DNA from: Patescibacteria group bacterium
GTDB taxonomy: Bacteria > Patescibacteriota > Doudnabacteria > UBA920 > O2-02-FULL-48-8
DNA: 64,000 nt
Assembly: GCA_036278915.1 (NCBI GenBank)
Contig: DASUKB010000001.1
Span: 301,186-365,185 of the forward strand
Direction: 5' to 3'
Shown here: one piece after another, positions 28,382 to 38,413 of the stretch
Position numbering within the stretch: the first letter of the stretch is position 1
How the letters are laid out: each line of letters starts with the position of its first letter
Translations under genes and position numbers: made by a program
The notes under the pieces: model-generated
What the model was told of the DNA's origin: nothing
Database searches by the model: none
The model's input: the letters and a program-made list of their open reading frames with translations, nothing else

Positions 28382-29527
28382 TTATGCCGCCGGGGCGGTT
28401 TCTTCCGTCGCCAAACCATACCGATCACGGCCGACTTTTTGGAAAAACTTTTTGTTTGAAAGCCCCACCAAAATTGTGTTTCGTTTGACCTGGCGCCGCT
28501 TCTGGACTTCCGCAATGATTTCGTTGCGAGTCAGAGGCTTGGCGGATTGGGCCAAAACTTCGCGAATGACGTCTGCTACCACGCCTTTTTTGTAACCCCA
28601 TTCGGAAAGCGCGTAAATGCCGCGTCCGATAAGTACAAATCGTTCGTCTTTGATAAGTTCGTTGTGCACGGTTTCCTGAAATGCCGATCGGCCGTCAAAT
28701 TTGTGTTCATTTATAAGCCGTGTAATAGCCGAATAATGTTCCGGCTTCTGATGGTGGCGCAGAACCAAAAACGCCTTGTCGCCCACGTCGCGCGGCCGAA
28801 TCTCGTTCCAGTCCGAAAGGCCGATCTCCCCGAACGGGTTGGCCTGAATATGTTTGGAAATATTAAGGTAACTTTTGAGGACCTTGTCTGTGAGTTCCAA
28901 ATCGTGCTGTTTAAAATAATCTGAATCTTTAAATCTAGTATAGAGCTCGTCTTGAGGCATTGCTTTGCCAACTTGCTTAAGTATGGCCACAAAATTACCT
29001 ATAACTTCGGCTAAACGTTCCGGAGCAAATCCCACGACATACCAGGAGCTGTAATAATTCTCATCCTCGCGCATAAACTTGAATTGCTCGCCTAGGGAAA
29101 GTAAAAATTTCACGGCCTGCGCATCTTTGGTGGCCGATTTATTGTAAAGCAGAGTTTGGATAAGAAAATCTTCGGAAATTATATTGCCGTACTCCACAAT
29201 GCAGTCAAATACCAGCGATAGCGCGGCTTGAAGATTTTTATTTTTGGATTGCTTAAGCAGAGCGATGGAATCTTTTTCAATCTGGCGGACACGCTCGCGA
29301 GTTAAATTATTTTTCTTGCCTATGGCTTCCAAAGTCTCTATCGCTACTCCATCCAATCCAAAACGCTTGCTCAAAATGTCCTGGTCGCGGGTCTTTAGCA
29401 AATCCAAAAGTTCGCGTACCAAAGCTGCCGGTTCAAATTCGTTGATACCGGACAAAGTTTCGTTACCCATAATAGTGTCTAATATATTCGGAGCTTGGGC
29501 TTTTTCGTTTGTCTCATGATCCGCCAT
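28382..29527 (-). CDS. Sigma-70 region 4-like HTH plus C-terminal winged-HTH protein
   Basis: RFGL....TLEAIG....LTRERVRQIE; TVHNELIKDERFVLIGRGIYALSEWGY; start MADHET after TTGACA-17-CATACT. Confidence 0.85.
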   Translation of the reverse strand: MADHETNEKAQAPNILDTIMGNETLSGINEFEPAALVRELLDLLKTRDQDILSKRFGLDGVAIETLEAIGKKNNLTRERVRQIEKDSIALLKQSKNKNLQAALSLVFDCIVEYGNIISEDFLIQTLLYNKSATKDAQAVKFLLSLGEQFKFMREDENYYSSWYVVGFAPERLAEVIGNFVAILKQVGKAMPQDELYTRFKDSDYFKQHDLELTDKVLKSYLNISKHIQANPFGEIGLSDWNEIRPRDVGDKAFLVLRHHQKPEHYSAITRLINEHKFDGRSAFQETVHNELIKDERFVLIGRGIYALSEWGYKKGVVADVIREVLAQSAKPLTRNEIIAEVQKRRQVKRNTILVGLSNKKFFQKVGRDRYGLATEETAPAA

Positions 29528-29602
29528 AGGTACATTTAGTATGGCACATATCCGGCAAGATGTCAAGGCTTGTGGATAAATTAAATATGCTAAAATTAAC
29601 TT

Positions 29603-29836
29603 ATGGAACGCACACGACAACCCAATTTAGATTTCGGTGACGAACCGGCTTTTGAGCCAGGGCAACCTCCGGAGGAAATCATCGATAATCCGGAAATTGA
29701 AGATAAGGACGATACCTACCCCGGCGAGCTTGAAGACTTCATAAGAATCTCTCGTCGCGATGGAATAAGTAAGGCCAAAGAAGAAACCAAACGCCGCCGC
29801 GAATACTACCGTAAGACCGGAAAAACTATAAATTAA
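29603..29836 (+). CDS. Small hypothetical protein (acidic N-terminus, basic C-terminus)
   Basis: TAAAAT 6 nt before ATG; ends at bidirectional terminator 29835-29860. Confidence 0.6.
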   Translation: MERTRQPNLDFGDEPAFEPGQPPEEIIDNPEIEDKDDTYPGELEDFIRISRRDGISKAKEETKRRREYYRKTGKTIN

Positions 29837-29861
29837 AACCCGCCGATTAGGCGGGTTTTAA

Positions 29862-30761
29862 TTATTTGCGGCGGCGCAAGTCCCGATTATGCCAAATAAT
29901 GAGGATTGGCGAAGCGATGTAGATAGAAGAATAAGTGCCGGCAATAATTCCAACCAGCAACGCCAGCACAAAATAGCGTATCGTAACGCCGCCGAAGAGC
30001 AGCATGGCCAAAAGTACAAACGCCACAGTCAATGAGGTGTTCAACGAACGGATGAGCGTTTGATTTATGGATGAGTTGATAATTTCAGGTAAAGACGTGC
30101 CAGCGCGCAAGCGTAAATTCTCTCGGATGCGGTCAAAGACTACGATCGTATCGTGCACGGAAAATCCGAGCACGGTCAGCATTGCAGTCACAAACAGCGT
30201 GTCCACCTCCACTCCCAGGAAATGCCCGAGGAGTGAAAATACCCCCAAAACTATTACAAGATCGTGCAAGAGTGCGACTATAGCCGCCCAGCCGAATCGC
30301 CATGAAGATACAGGGCGCGTCACATGGCGGAAGGCAAATGCAATATAAAAGACGATAAACAGCGAAACTAGAACCAACATCCAGATGGCGCTGCTGCGCA
30401 GTTCTTTGCCAATGACTGGGCCGATAGACGTGTATTGCTGTTCGGTAATGTCCCCGAACTTGGCTTTAAGAGCGTCTAAAATTTTGTTGTGCTGGTCGCT
30501 ATCTATAGGACTGGTTCGGATATTGACGACATTTCCGCTTGCGGTCTGAACTTGCGCGCCGGCAGTACCCGCATCCGAGATGACCTGTTCTATGTCTGGT
30601 GCAGCGGGTACGGAACCTTGAAATTGTTCCTGCATAAGCGCTCCGCCGGTAAAATCAATGCCTGGTTTGAGTCCGTAAAGTGAAAGCGAAACTATAGCCG
30701 CGATCAAAAGAATCCCGGAAACTGCCATCCAAAATTTATAATATTTGATGATATTAAGCAT
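29862..30761 (-). CDS. secF: Protein translocase subunit SecF
   Basis: GIDFTGG, IGPVIG.EL, GFSVHDTIVVFDRIRENL, GTYSSI. Confidence 0.96.
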   Translation of the reverse strand: MLNIIKYYKFWMAVSGILLIAAIVSLSLYGLKPGIDFTGGALMQEQFQGSVPAAPDIEQVISDAGTAGAQVQTASGNVVNIRTSPIDSDQHNKILDALKAKFGDITEQQYTSIGPVIGKELRSSAIWMLVLVSLFIVFYIAFAFRHVTRPVSSWRFGWAAIVALLHDLVIVLGVFSLLGHFLGVEVDTLFVTAMLTVLGFSVHDTIVVFDRIRENLRLRAGTSLPEIINSSINQTLIRSLNTSLTVAFVLLAMLLFGGVTIRYFVLALLVGIIAGTYSSIYIASPILIIWHNRDLRRRK

Positions 30762-32106
30762 TGGTTTGCTCCTCGCTCATCTTCGGCACGCCGTACAGGC
30801 CGTGATGGACCATAATGTTGTGACCAACCAGCATGCGCAGGAAGGTCCTGGTCACGGTGATGGCGGTAAACATAGAAACAATAATGCCCAACGCCAGGGT
30901 AATGGCAAATCCGCGCACGATGCTGGAGCCAAAATAGGCCAGGATAAATGTCGTTATTAAACTGGAAAAATTAGAATCGCGTACTGACAACCAGGCCCGA
31001 TTGAATCCGTCCTCTACCGCAAGCTTCAAGGTTTTTCCACGGCGCAATTCCTCTTTCATGCGTTCAAAGATCAAAATATTGGCATCCACAGCCATGCCGA
31101 TGGACAATATAAATCCTGCAATGCCTGCAAGGGTGAGAGTAATACCGACTATTTTAAAGATAGCCAAAGACAACAGCGTATAAATGGCCAAGGCAATGAC
31201 CGCCAAAAGTCCGGGCAGACGGTAATAAATGATCATAAACAGCGCGATGATGATAAAGCCGATAATCCCGGCTTCTAGCGATTTGTGCACCGAAGACAAA
31301 CCAAGCGTGGCGCCTACATCTTGCTGGGAAATCAAATGGATTGGCACAGGTAATGCTCCGGAATTAAGTCTTGTGACAAGTTCTTTGGCATCGGCCACGG
31401 TGAATTGGCCGGTGATAACAGCTTGGCCGTCTGTGATAGCTGTCTGCACCGTGGGAGCGGATAAAACCTGTCCATCTAAGAAAATTGCAACGGTTTTACC
31501 GATGTTGGCCTGTGTGATATCCGCAAAAAGCTTGGTGCCTTCCGCGTCAAACTGCAGTGTAATTTGAGGCGCGCCAGTGCGCTGGTCAAAATTTAGAGTA
31601 GCTTTTTTAAACTGCTTGCCTGTTAAACCAGTAGGTATGTACGCCTGGTCTGGATCAATGCTGACATTGCCATTTGCGTCGGGTGTCACTTCCGGTGGGT
31701 TGGGATTTTCAGTCCGGAATTCCAAAAATGGCGTTTGGCCAATGAGGTCTATGGCTTGATTTATATCTTTTACCCCTGGCAATTCTACGATCAAACGGTC
31801 GGAACCGGAGACCTGCACCACCGGTTCAGATACGCCAAAAGCATTGACCCGGCGTTCAATTACGTCCCGCGCCGAGTTCATGGCATCAGCTTGGTCTGTG
31901 GGTTGTATATCCGTTAAATCACCCTGGTACTCCAAAGAGGTTCCGCCCTGTAGATCCAGGCCGAGTTTAAGTTTAAACTGCTTTTCCCAGTTAATTTTGA
32001 TTGGTTTCAGGCTAATTTTGCTGCCAGATGGATAGTCAATGTAGCCAGCCACAACAGCCAACAACAGGATTCCAATAAAAGTAATGTAAAGTCCGCGTCT
32101 TCTCAT
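30754..32106 (-). CDS. secD: Protein translocase subunit SecD
   Basis: LKLGLDLQGG, RRVNAFGVSEP, LNSGALP, GMAVDANILIFER. Confidence 0.96.
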   Translation of the reverse strand: MRRRGLYITFIGILLLAVVAGYIDYPSGSKISLKPIKINWEKQFKLKLGLDLQGGTSLEYQGDLTDIQPTDQADAMNSARDVIERRVNAFGVSEPVVQVSGSDRLIVELPGVKDINQAIDLIGQTPFLEFRTENPNPPEVTPDANGNVSIDPDQAYIPTGLTGKQFKKATLNFDQRTGAPQITLQFDAEGTKLFADITQANIGKTVAIFLDGQVLSAPTVQTAITDGQAVITGQFTVADAKELVTRLNSGALPVPIHLISQQDVGATLGLSSVHKSLEAGIIGFIIIALFMIIYYRLPGLLAVIALAIYTLLSLAIFKIVGITLTLAGIAGFILSIGMAVDANILIFERMKEELRRGKTLKLAVEDGFNRAWLSVRDSNFSSLITTFILAYFGSSIVRGFAITLALGIIVSMFTAITVTRTFLRMLVGHNIMVHHGLYGVPKMSEEQTNA

Positions 32107-32239
32107 TTGGTTAATCTACAATTTAGAACTCCCCTCTCATCGCAGGAGAGAGTCGGGAGTGAGGTATAAGTGGGTCGAGTAAATGTTCCTTGCGCATTAT
32201 ATAGTAATTGGAAAATGTTTTCAACCCAAGGTTTCCTGG

Positions 32240-32827
32240 CTATTCCTCAAGTTTGGCAATGGCCACAAAACGCTGTTTAGCCGTGCCTACCGGATACGAA
32301 GTTTGCAAAGTCAAAATTTTCGCGCCATCGGTGGCCTGAGACATAACCCAAAGTTCAGTCGGTTCCACGACTTGGGTTTTCGTAACAACAAACCGCAATT
32401 GTCTTGTGCCCTGGCGGATGGTGATTTCGTCGCCAACGCGGATGTTCGGGAGATTTTTAAACACTTCATTAAAACTTCCCGGCGCATCTTTAAAGTTAGA
32501 TGAATGTCCTACAATGTAGGCATTCCCCACATCTCCGGGATTGGCAGTGCCAGCCAAATGCACGACCCCAGATTCCAAATCCTGTTGAATACCGGATTCG
32601 TTTGTTGCACTTGAATAAACTATCGGGGTGGAAATATTGAGCGCTGGAATTCCCAAAATATCATTGTTGGCAGAAATTTGCACCGACGACACCACGCTTG
32701 GAGGCATTGGAGCCCGCACCGGTAACAAGTTCTGCCAATGAAGCCCTACATAAATAATGCAAAAACCGCCTACCAGAAGAAGCGTCCATTTGCTTTGAGG
32801 CGTCAAGAAGTTTTTGCGTTTAGGCAT
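32240..32827 (-). CDS. Sortase-family protein
   Basis: N-terminal TM, GNAYIVGHSS, FKNL, LTLQTSYPVGT...R; usual catalytic Cys position is Ser. Confidence 0.85.
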   Translation of the reverse strand: MPKRKNFLTPQSKWTLLLVGGFCIIYVGLHWQNLLPVRAPMPPSVVSSVQISANNDILGIPALNISTPIVYSSATNESGIQQDLESGVVHLAGTANPGDVGNAYIVGHSSNFKDAPGSFNEVFKNLPNIRVGDEITIRQGTRQLRFVVTKTQVVEPTELWVMSQATDGAKILTLQTSYPVGTAKQRFVAIAKLEE

Positions 32828-33573
32828 TGCTGTTTATAATTTTCAGGCAATTGGTTGCAAACATTTATATAATCCTTGCTAAGCAAAGCGGATTTAAAAT
32901 TTGTTTCACCCTCTCCAGTGACATCATCGGCAAACACGCCGCTATAACAAATTTTGCGCGCATCGAAACTTGGATCAAGCAGATCGCAATCCTGAAGCGA
33001 CTTAAGCACGTTGTCCTGTTCGTATTCCATAATGCCATGTCCCAAACCCTGGCCGCACTGGTACCACTCGGCATAATTTTCCGACGGATTTGAATCGTCG
33101 TATACTCCGCAGGCAGTAGTCAGTGCTGTGCGCATATCGGATTGAGTAGAAATATATTCTTCCACAATGCCATGGTAATATCCAAAATAACATATCGGCA
33201 GATAGTATTGCGAGGCCGTCAAAACGGAACCGTAATAGTCTAGCGCGAGATTGCCGAGTTTGTGCGTAAGAGGATGGCAATTGGCCTGGGCGTAACCGCC
33301 CAGCGACTGCAGCGAATCGAGCAATTGCAAAGTTTGGCGGGCGTCGGTTGAACGCATATAATCATTGAGCACGTCCGAGTAGCATTCAAAAATAAATTCG
33401 TTTTGGCCGAGAGTTTCGCATTGACTATGAATTTGCTGCGCTGATTCAGAAGCCAAGTCACTCGCCGAGACCACGCCGGATTTGGCGGAACGCGACAAAC
33501 TCCATGATAGAAATCCAATGGCCAAAACCAAAGCAGATAGCACCGCAATCCCCGGTCTTGATTTAAAATCCAT
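32803..33573 (-). CDS. Exported Cys/His-repeat hypothetical protein
   Basis: N-terminal TM; CHPLTHKLG, CYFGYYHG, CGQGLGHG, CYSGVF repeats. Confidence 0.75.
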   Translation of the reverse strand: MDFKSRPGIAVLSALVLAIGFLSWSLSRSAKSGVVSASDLASESAQQIHSQCETLGQNEFIFECYSDVLNDYMRSTDARQTLQLLDSLQSLGGYAQANCHPLTHKLGNLALDYYGSVLTASQYYLPICYFGYYHGIVEEYISTQSDMRTALTTACGVYDDSNPSENYAEWYQCGQGLGHGIMEYEQDNVLKSLQDCDLLDPSFDARKICYSGVFADDVTGEGETNFKSALLSKDYINVCNQLPENYKQQCLNAKTS

Positions 33574-33589
33574 AATTAAATTATAGCAT

Positions 33590-34045
33590 TTAGATTTCCG
33601 GACTGTCCAAATACACGCCTTGCTGGGAAAGCGTTTGCTTGTCTGAATCCGAGATGTAAAGGGACAAAAGCTTTTCGTTGGTCACAAGATACGCCAACTC
33701 TTTGCCTTGTTTGGTGAATTTAGGATCAGCAAGTCCGTTAAATAACTTTCCGGTGCCCGTAAAGAGGAGGGAAGCTTGATTAAAAAGTTGTCTGGTGTGT
33801 TCAGTTAAATTAAAAACAAGTTCGTGCTCGCCTATATCGGCTATATCTTCTGCTTGCAACAGCTTCAAAAACTTTTTTAATCCTCGGGAGTGTCCCGATC
33901 CCAACACCGACAGCCAGCTTGACCCCATGCGCTGCAAGCAAACCTGGTCTGCGGCACGCAACAAATACTCACGCAAGATCGCTTCAGCCCTGCGCGCCTC
34001 TTTACCATTCATCAGGTTAAAGGCCACTTGGCATACGGTTTCCAT
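33590..34045 (-). CDS. Hypothetical protein
   Basis: 151-aa ORF filling the gap, TACTAT 5 nt before ATG. Confidence 0.6.
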   Translation of the reverse strand: METVCQVAFNLMNGKEARRAEAILREYLLRAADQVCLQRMGSSWLSVLGSGHSRGLKKFLKLLQAEDIADIGEHELVFNLTEHTRQLFNQASLLFTGTGKLFNGLADPKFTKQGKELAYLVTNEKLLSLYISDSDKQTLSQQGVYLDSPEI

Positions 34046-34122
34046 ACTGGATAGTAAAAACCCGGCTAATTTTCATAAGGCTATCACAAAACAAAGCGCC
34101 AGTCCACGGCGGGCTGCCTTGT

Positions 34123-34674
34123 TCATTGCATCTGTGGTTTCAAAAGAGGCGTAAATTTCAGACGTAATTTGGCAATTTTGGGACTTATGACAAGTTGGCA
34201 ATAAGGTTTGCTTGAATTATTCTCATAATATCTTTGATGATAGCTTTCGGCCGGCCAAAACTGACCTAGCTTTGTGACTTCGGTCACGACCGGATTATCA
34301 AAAACTTTATCCGATTCCAACTTTCGGATAAACTCCTCCGTTGTGTTCTTCTGTAAGTCGTTTGCATAAAATATGGCTGATCTGTATTGCGTGCCCACAT
34401 CGTTCCCTTGCCGATTCAAAGTTGTAGGGTCGTGCGTGGCAAAAAATACATTCAGCAGATCTTTGTACTTGATGATGCCTGGGTCAAACTCTATCCGGAG
34501 GGATTCCACGTGTCCTGTTGTGCCTTCCGAAACTTCCTCGTAAGTCGGATTTGCAATGTGCCCGCCAGTGTAGCCAGACTCAACTGATGCCACACCGCGC
34601 AAGCGAGTGAAGATTGCTTCGGTGCACCAAAAACATCCTCCGCCAAAAACTGCGATTTCCAAATTATTTTCCAT
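34123..34674 (-). CDS. msrA: Peptide methionine sulfoxide reductase MsrA
   Basis: GGGCFWC, HDPTTLNRQGNDVGTQYRS, AESYHQ. Confidence 0.97.
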   Translation of the reverse strand: MENNLEIAVFGGGCFWCTEAIFTRLRGVASVESGYTGGHIANPTYEEVSEGTTGHVESLRIEFDPGIIKYKDLLNVFFATHDPTTLNRQGNDVGTQYRSAIFYANDLQKNTTEEFIRKLESDKVFDNPVVTEVTKLGQFWPAESYHQRYYENNSSKPYCQLVISPKIAKLRLKFTPLLKPQMQ

Positions 34675-34722
34675 AAAATTTCTCGGTACGTACGTGGTAC
34701 GTACCGAGCTCTCACTTGGCTC

Positions 34723-35118
34723 TTACTTTTTTTCCAAAACCAAACACGCAGAATTTATGCAATAATGCTTTCCATTTGGCGAATCCGCGTCTTCAAATAG
34801 ATGTCCCAGATGGGAGCCGCAGTTCTTGCAAATTACCTCCACGCGGTGCGTGCCCATAAAATTATCATCTCGCAATTCGACGTGTTCAAGATTCACCGGG
34901 TCGCTGAATGCCGGCCAGCCGCGCAAACCCGGCGCCGTGGACTCAAATTTCGTGTCGGAAGAAAACAACTCCTGTCCGCACACGCGGCAACGATACATGC
35001 CGGACTCATCAGTTGCTACGTACTCGCCGCTGAACGGAGCTTCGGTGGCGCCGTGGCGCAAAATTTCATACTGCTCCGGCGTCAATTTTTTCTTTAATTC
35101 CTCTTCATTAACCTGCAT
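34723..35118 (-). CDS. msrB: Peptide methionine sulfoxide reductase MsrB
   Basis: TEAPF, CRVC, GWPAF, C..CGSHLGHLF, YCINS. Confidence 0.96.
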   Translation of the reverse strand: MQVNEEELKKKLTPEQYEILRHGATEAPFSGEYVATDESGMYRCRVCGQELFSSDTKFESTAPGLRGWPAFSDPVNLEHVELRDDNFMGTHRVEVICKNCGSHLGHLFEDADSPNGKHYCINSACLVLEKK

Positions 35119-35179
35119 TTGTTTTCCTTTCGTTTAGAACTCCTCTCTCCTTTTAAGGAGAGGGGCTGGCGGAGAGGTA

Positions 35180-35635
35180 TTAGCCGCCTCCTAATTTTTT
35201 AATAATTCCAAATTCATTTTTACTCACCGGATGAACGGAAAGCCTGGGAATTTTAAATAAGCTCATCTGCTTCAAACCTTTATTTAATTTAATCTTATCC
35301 AGTGTTATCGGCACTTTAAATTTTTTAACGAAGGCTATCTCCACCGCGACCCAAGGGTTTCTGTCCTTGGTGGCCTTCGGGTCGAAATACTCGCTTTTCG
35401 TATCCAGCGCCGAATCGTCCGGCAATCCGACTTTGGTAATTTTGCCAATCCCCACTACTCCAGTTTCGCGCGCCATGGAATGATAAAACAAAAACAAATC
35501 TCCCGACTTCATTTCGTCACGCATAATGTTGCGAGCGCGAAAGTTTCGGATATTATCCCAAATTGTTTTGCGGTCGCGCGCCAAATCATCTATGGAATAG
35601 CTCTCTGGTTCAGATTTCAATAGCCAATAGTTCAT
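35180..35635 (-). CDS. EVE domain protein
   Basis: MNYWLLKSEP..YSIDDL, RNFRARN, FYHS, RLSV. Confidence 0.93.
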   Translation of the reverse strand: MNYWLLKSEPESYSIDDLARDRKTIWDNIRNFRARNIMRDEMKSGDLFLFYHSMARETGVVGIGKITKVGLPDDSALDTKSEYFDPKATKDRNPWVAVEIAFVKKFKVPITLDKIKLNKGLKQMSLFKIPRLSVHPVSKNEFGIIKKLGGG

Positions 35636-35695
35636 TCCGTTTAGAAATAATGATTTATACAGTCATTTTAGGGCAAAGGCATAGAAAAATAAAGC

Positions 35696-35836
35696 TTACG
35701 TTAAGTCAAACCCAGCCTTGTTCAGATATACGGCAAAAATGGCAAACAAAACCAAAACAAAAAAAGCAAAGAAACTGCCAATCAAAAGCTTGTGCAGCGC
35801 TAAACCTACAAAGATGATCGCGGCAATGATCCACAT
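35696..35836 (-). CDS. Possible 46-aa two-TM membrane peptide (not in ORF track)
   Basis: MWIIAAIIFVGLALHKLLIGSFFAFFVLVLFAIFAVYLNKAGFDLT, co-oriented with neighbours. Confidence 0.35.
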   Translation of the reverse strand: MWIIAAIIFVGLALHKLLIGSFFAFFVLVLFAIFAVYLNKAGFDLT

Positions 35837-35880
35837 CCAAAGAGTCTAACAGCCACGCTTAAACTTGCAATTGTGCTAAT

Positions 35881-36471
35881 CTACTGAAGCCAATTGGTCT
35901 GTTCCCTGCCGGTACTTAACGATGTCACAGTGCAGACTCCCCAGAGACCTTGTTTTGCTGCTTTGGCCTCCGCTTCGTCTGCATTGAACAGATCCTGCTT
36001 GCCAATGTCTGGCTTATAAGGATAAGAGAACGCAAAACCTCCTTTGACCAATTCTTCGTTGACCATAGTGCCGTCTTCCAAATACACGAAGCCGAGCCAG
36101 CGGCCGTATTTGTCGTACGTGGAAACATCTTTTTGGAATGTGATTGTGTGCCCCTCCACCAACTCGCGGTTGCGCTCCGCTGCCTCGCGCGCGTAGCATT
36201 GCACGCCTGGCTTCTGCGGATCCACCTCTTCTGGCGTGTCTATGCCTATGTAGCGCAAGCGTTCGCCGTTTATAAGCTCTATTGTGTCGCCGTCCACCAC
36301 GCGCGCAATTTTAATCGGCTGCCCAGGGATTGTTTTGATTGATTTATCAAGTTGGATCTGCGACGTGCCGCTGACTTGCTCTTTGGGCGAAGGTATAGCG
36401 TGCTGTTTGGAATAAATTGCAAAAACTATAAGCGCCAGCCCAACGATAATAGAATAAATCTGTTTTTTCAT
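35881..36471 (-). CDS. Thermonuclease (SNase-like), membrane-anchored
   Basis: RVVDGDTI, RYIGIDTPE, DKYGRWLG, GLWG. Confidence 0.93.
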   Translation of the reverse strand: MKKQIYSIIVGLALIVFAIYSKQHAIPSPKEQVSGTSQIQLDKSIKTIPGQPIKIARVVDGDTIELINGERLRYIGIDTPEEVDPQKPGVQCYAREAAERNRELVEGHTITFQKDVSTYDKYGRWLGFVYLEDGTMVNEELVKGGFAFSYPYKPDIGKQDLFNADEAEAKAAKQGLWGVCTVTSLSTGREQTNWLQ

Positions 36472-36474
36472 ATT

Positions 36475-38181
36475 TTACCAGCTTCCTCCTCCGCCGCCGC
36501 CGAACCCGCCGCCCGAAAATCCCCCGCCACCAAACCCAGAACCACCTGCACCGGCGCTGTGAGTTGACGCGGCCACTGCTGTGTTGAAGTTCGAATTGAA
36601 ATTTGAAATCGCGCTGTTGAAAATCAAAAAGTTAAAATAGGCTTGGGTCGGATCCGCATACCACGACGGACGATAATCAAACAAACCTTCAAACTTTTTG
36701 GCCCAAGCTTCGGATACGCCAAGTGCCATGGCGTACGGCAGTAATTTTTCAAACAGTTGCGGATTCTTTTCTGGATCATTGTGAAAATTAAGCCGATCTT
36801 TTTCCGCCACAGACAAGTACTCCTTCAGACCCAGAACCAATTGCTTGGTATCCGCGCCCTTCTGCGTTTTGCGCGGCATAAAGTAGCCAAAAATTATGAC
36901 AATCAATCCAGATAAAGCTAAAGAGAATGTGGTAGACCACTGGACATGATCGGATAAGAAAAACAAGATTAGAAACACCGCGACCCCGGCCCCGATCATA
37001 TACTCTCCACGCAGGATGCCTGGATTTTTGGTAAAGTAGCCGTCGGCTGTAAGCTTTACGGCAACTTTGCCTGCTTCAAGTGATGACTGGCTGACACTGG
37101 CTTGGGATTTGAGTTCGGACAAAAGCACTTCGTCGCCAAATGAAAACAGTTTCGACAACAGTTTGCGGTCAAATTCGTTTGGCAAATCCGCTTCCGATTT
37201 GAGTTTGTTGAGTTTAAAATCCTCGTGGCCAAAAATTCCAACCTTGGGAATCCGCTCTATCTTAAGATAACCTAAAGTCGCCAAGTAAATAATTTCCGCC
37301 GAGATATCGAAGTTCTGCGTGCGTTCATCGACTAGATATCCGACCTCCACAGGCGTGAGGCCATTCGGCGTCTCATACTGGGCCACTACCGGTATGCTTG
37401 GTTTGGGATCGCGCCCGCGGACGCGCCACAGAGACCACATAAGAAACAGTACCAGCACGGGAAGCAAAAAAATAATATTGTCAGTAATTGTTTTTCCCAA
37501 AACCTGCCAACGCGTAGGCTGGTAGACCGCGCCTTTGGGCATGCTTATGACCACTGTGAAAGCCTGGCCAGGCGCTACGGATTGGCTGCTGAATGAATAG
37601 CTGTCGCCGTACGTGTTGATGTTTAAACAAGGTTGAGTGGACCCTATCGCCCCCCAGAAACAAGAGGCTTTTGCCTGGGATGTCACCGTACCCGGCGGCA
37701 GTTTTACATCCGCTCCCGGACCTCCTATGGGAACCGTCCATCCGGAGCCAACCACGTTCCAGTAAAACTCATCGTGATCGGAAAAATAATTTATGGCGCC
37801 GCGGACTGTGTAGCGGATTCTATAATCATGGACGCCAGTGACATACGTGTCCGGATCCCCTATTTTGATTTCGTAATTTCCGTTCGTCTTGCTGCTGGTG
37901 AATTCGTATGGGTTTTCCGAAAAATCATTCACCGAAACGTCGCTTATGCTTATATTGTAATTAATGCCGTTGCGGCTGTATTTGTATGGGATATCGCGAA
38001 AAATTCCGTGGTGTTGCTCGGATCCAAAATTATACGCGATATTTTCCACGACGCTTACGGAAGCGTCTTTGTTTATGGCAAATTTCGCGTCGATAGCCTG
38101 AACCTGTTCGGAATTGGTCTGCGCATGCACTGGCAGCCAGAGCACCAGGCCCAAACCTATGGAAATGATAAGCTTTTTCAT
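36475..38181 (-). CDS. DUF2207 family membrane protein
   Basis: HHGIFRDIP, DEFYWNV, FEKLLPYAMALG, Gly-rich GGGGGGSW tail; start MKKLII at 38181. Confidence 0.9.
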   Translation of the reverse strand: MKKLIISIGLGLVLWLPVHAQTNSEQVQAIDAKFAINKDASVSVVENIAYNFGSEQHHGIFRDIPYKYSRNGINYNISISDVSVNDFSENPYEFTSSKTNGNYEIKIGDPDTYVTGVHDYRIRYTVRGAINYFSDHDEFYWNVVGSGWTVPIGGPGADVKLPPGTVTSQAKASCFWGAIGSTQPCLNINTYGDSYSFSSQSVAPGQAFTVVISMPKGAVYQPTRWQVLGKTITDNIIFLLPVLVLFLMWSLWRVRGRDPKPSIPVVAQYETPNGLTPVEVGYLVDERTQNFDISAEIIYLATLGYLKIERIPKVGIFGHEDFKLNKLKSEADLPNEFDRKLLSKLFSFGDEVLLSELKSQASVSQSSLEAGKVAVKLTADGYFTKNPGILRGEYMIGAGVAVFLILFFLSDHVQWSTTFSLALSGLIVIIFGYFMPRKTQKGADTKQLVLGLKEYLSVAEKDRLNFHNDPEKNPQLFEKLLPYAMALGVSEAWAKKFEGLFDYRPSWYADPTQAYFNFLIFNSAISNFNSNFNTAVAASTHSAGAGGSGFGGGGFSGGGFGGGGGGSW

Positions 38182-38239
38182 ATTAGACAATTAGTTAACG
38201 TAAGCATATCATATATAACAGTTCTTTTCAGGAGGAGAA

Positions 38240-38413
38240 ATGAACATAATCAATGCGTTCGCAACCCTTGTCGTGCTCGAACCTGTGGTGCTGGTGCTCA
38301 CAGAACCCAAGTACTGCGCATTCTGCGCGCGCGTCACACTGCACCAGGGCGTGCTGGACTCCTCCACCCGCACCGAGTGCGTACAATGCACAAAGCCTCA
38401 CCCGCCAGGATGA
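38240..38413 (+). CDS. Small zinc-ribbon protein, 57 aa (not in ORF track)
   Basis: TAGACA-17-TATCAT promoter, AGGAGGAG SD, MNIINAFATLVVLEPVVLVLTEPKYCAFCARVTLHQGVLDSSTRTECVQCTKPHPPG with two CxxC; terminator hairpin over the stop. Confidence 0.7.
   Translation: MNIINAFATLVVLEPVVLVLTEPKYCAFCARVTLHQGVLDSSTRTECVQCTKPHPPG

Noticed and set aside
29571-29579. DnaA box as a sign of oriC
   Set aside because: Single perfect intergenic box, no cluster, no dnaA/dnaN nearby
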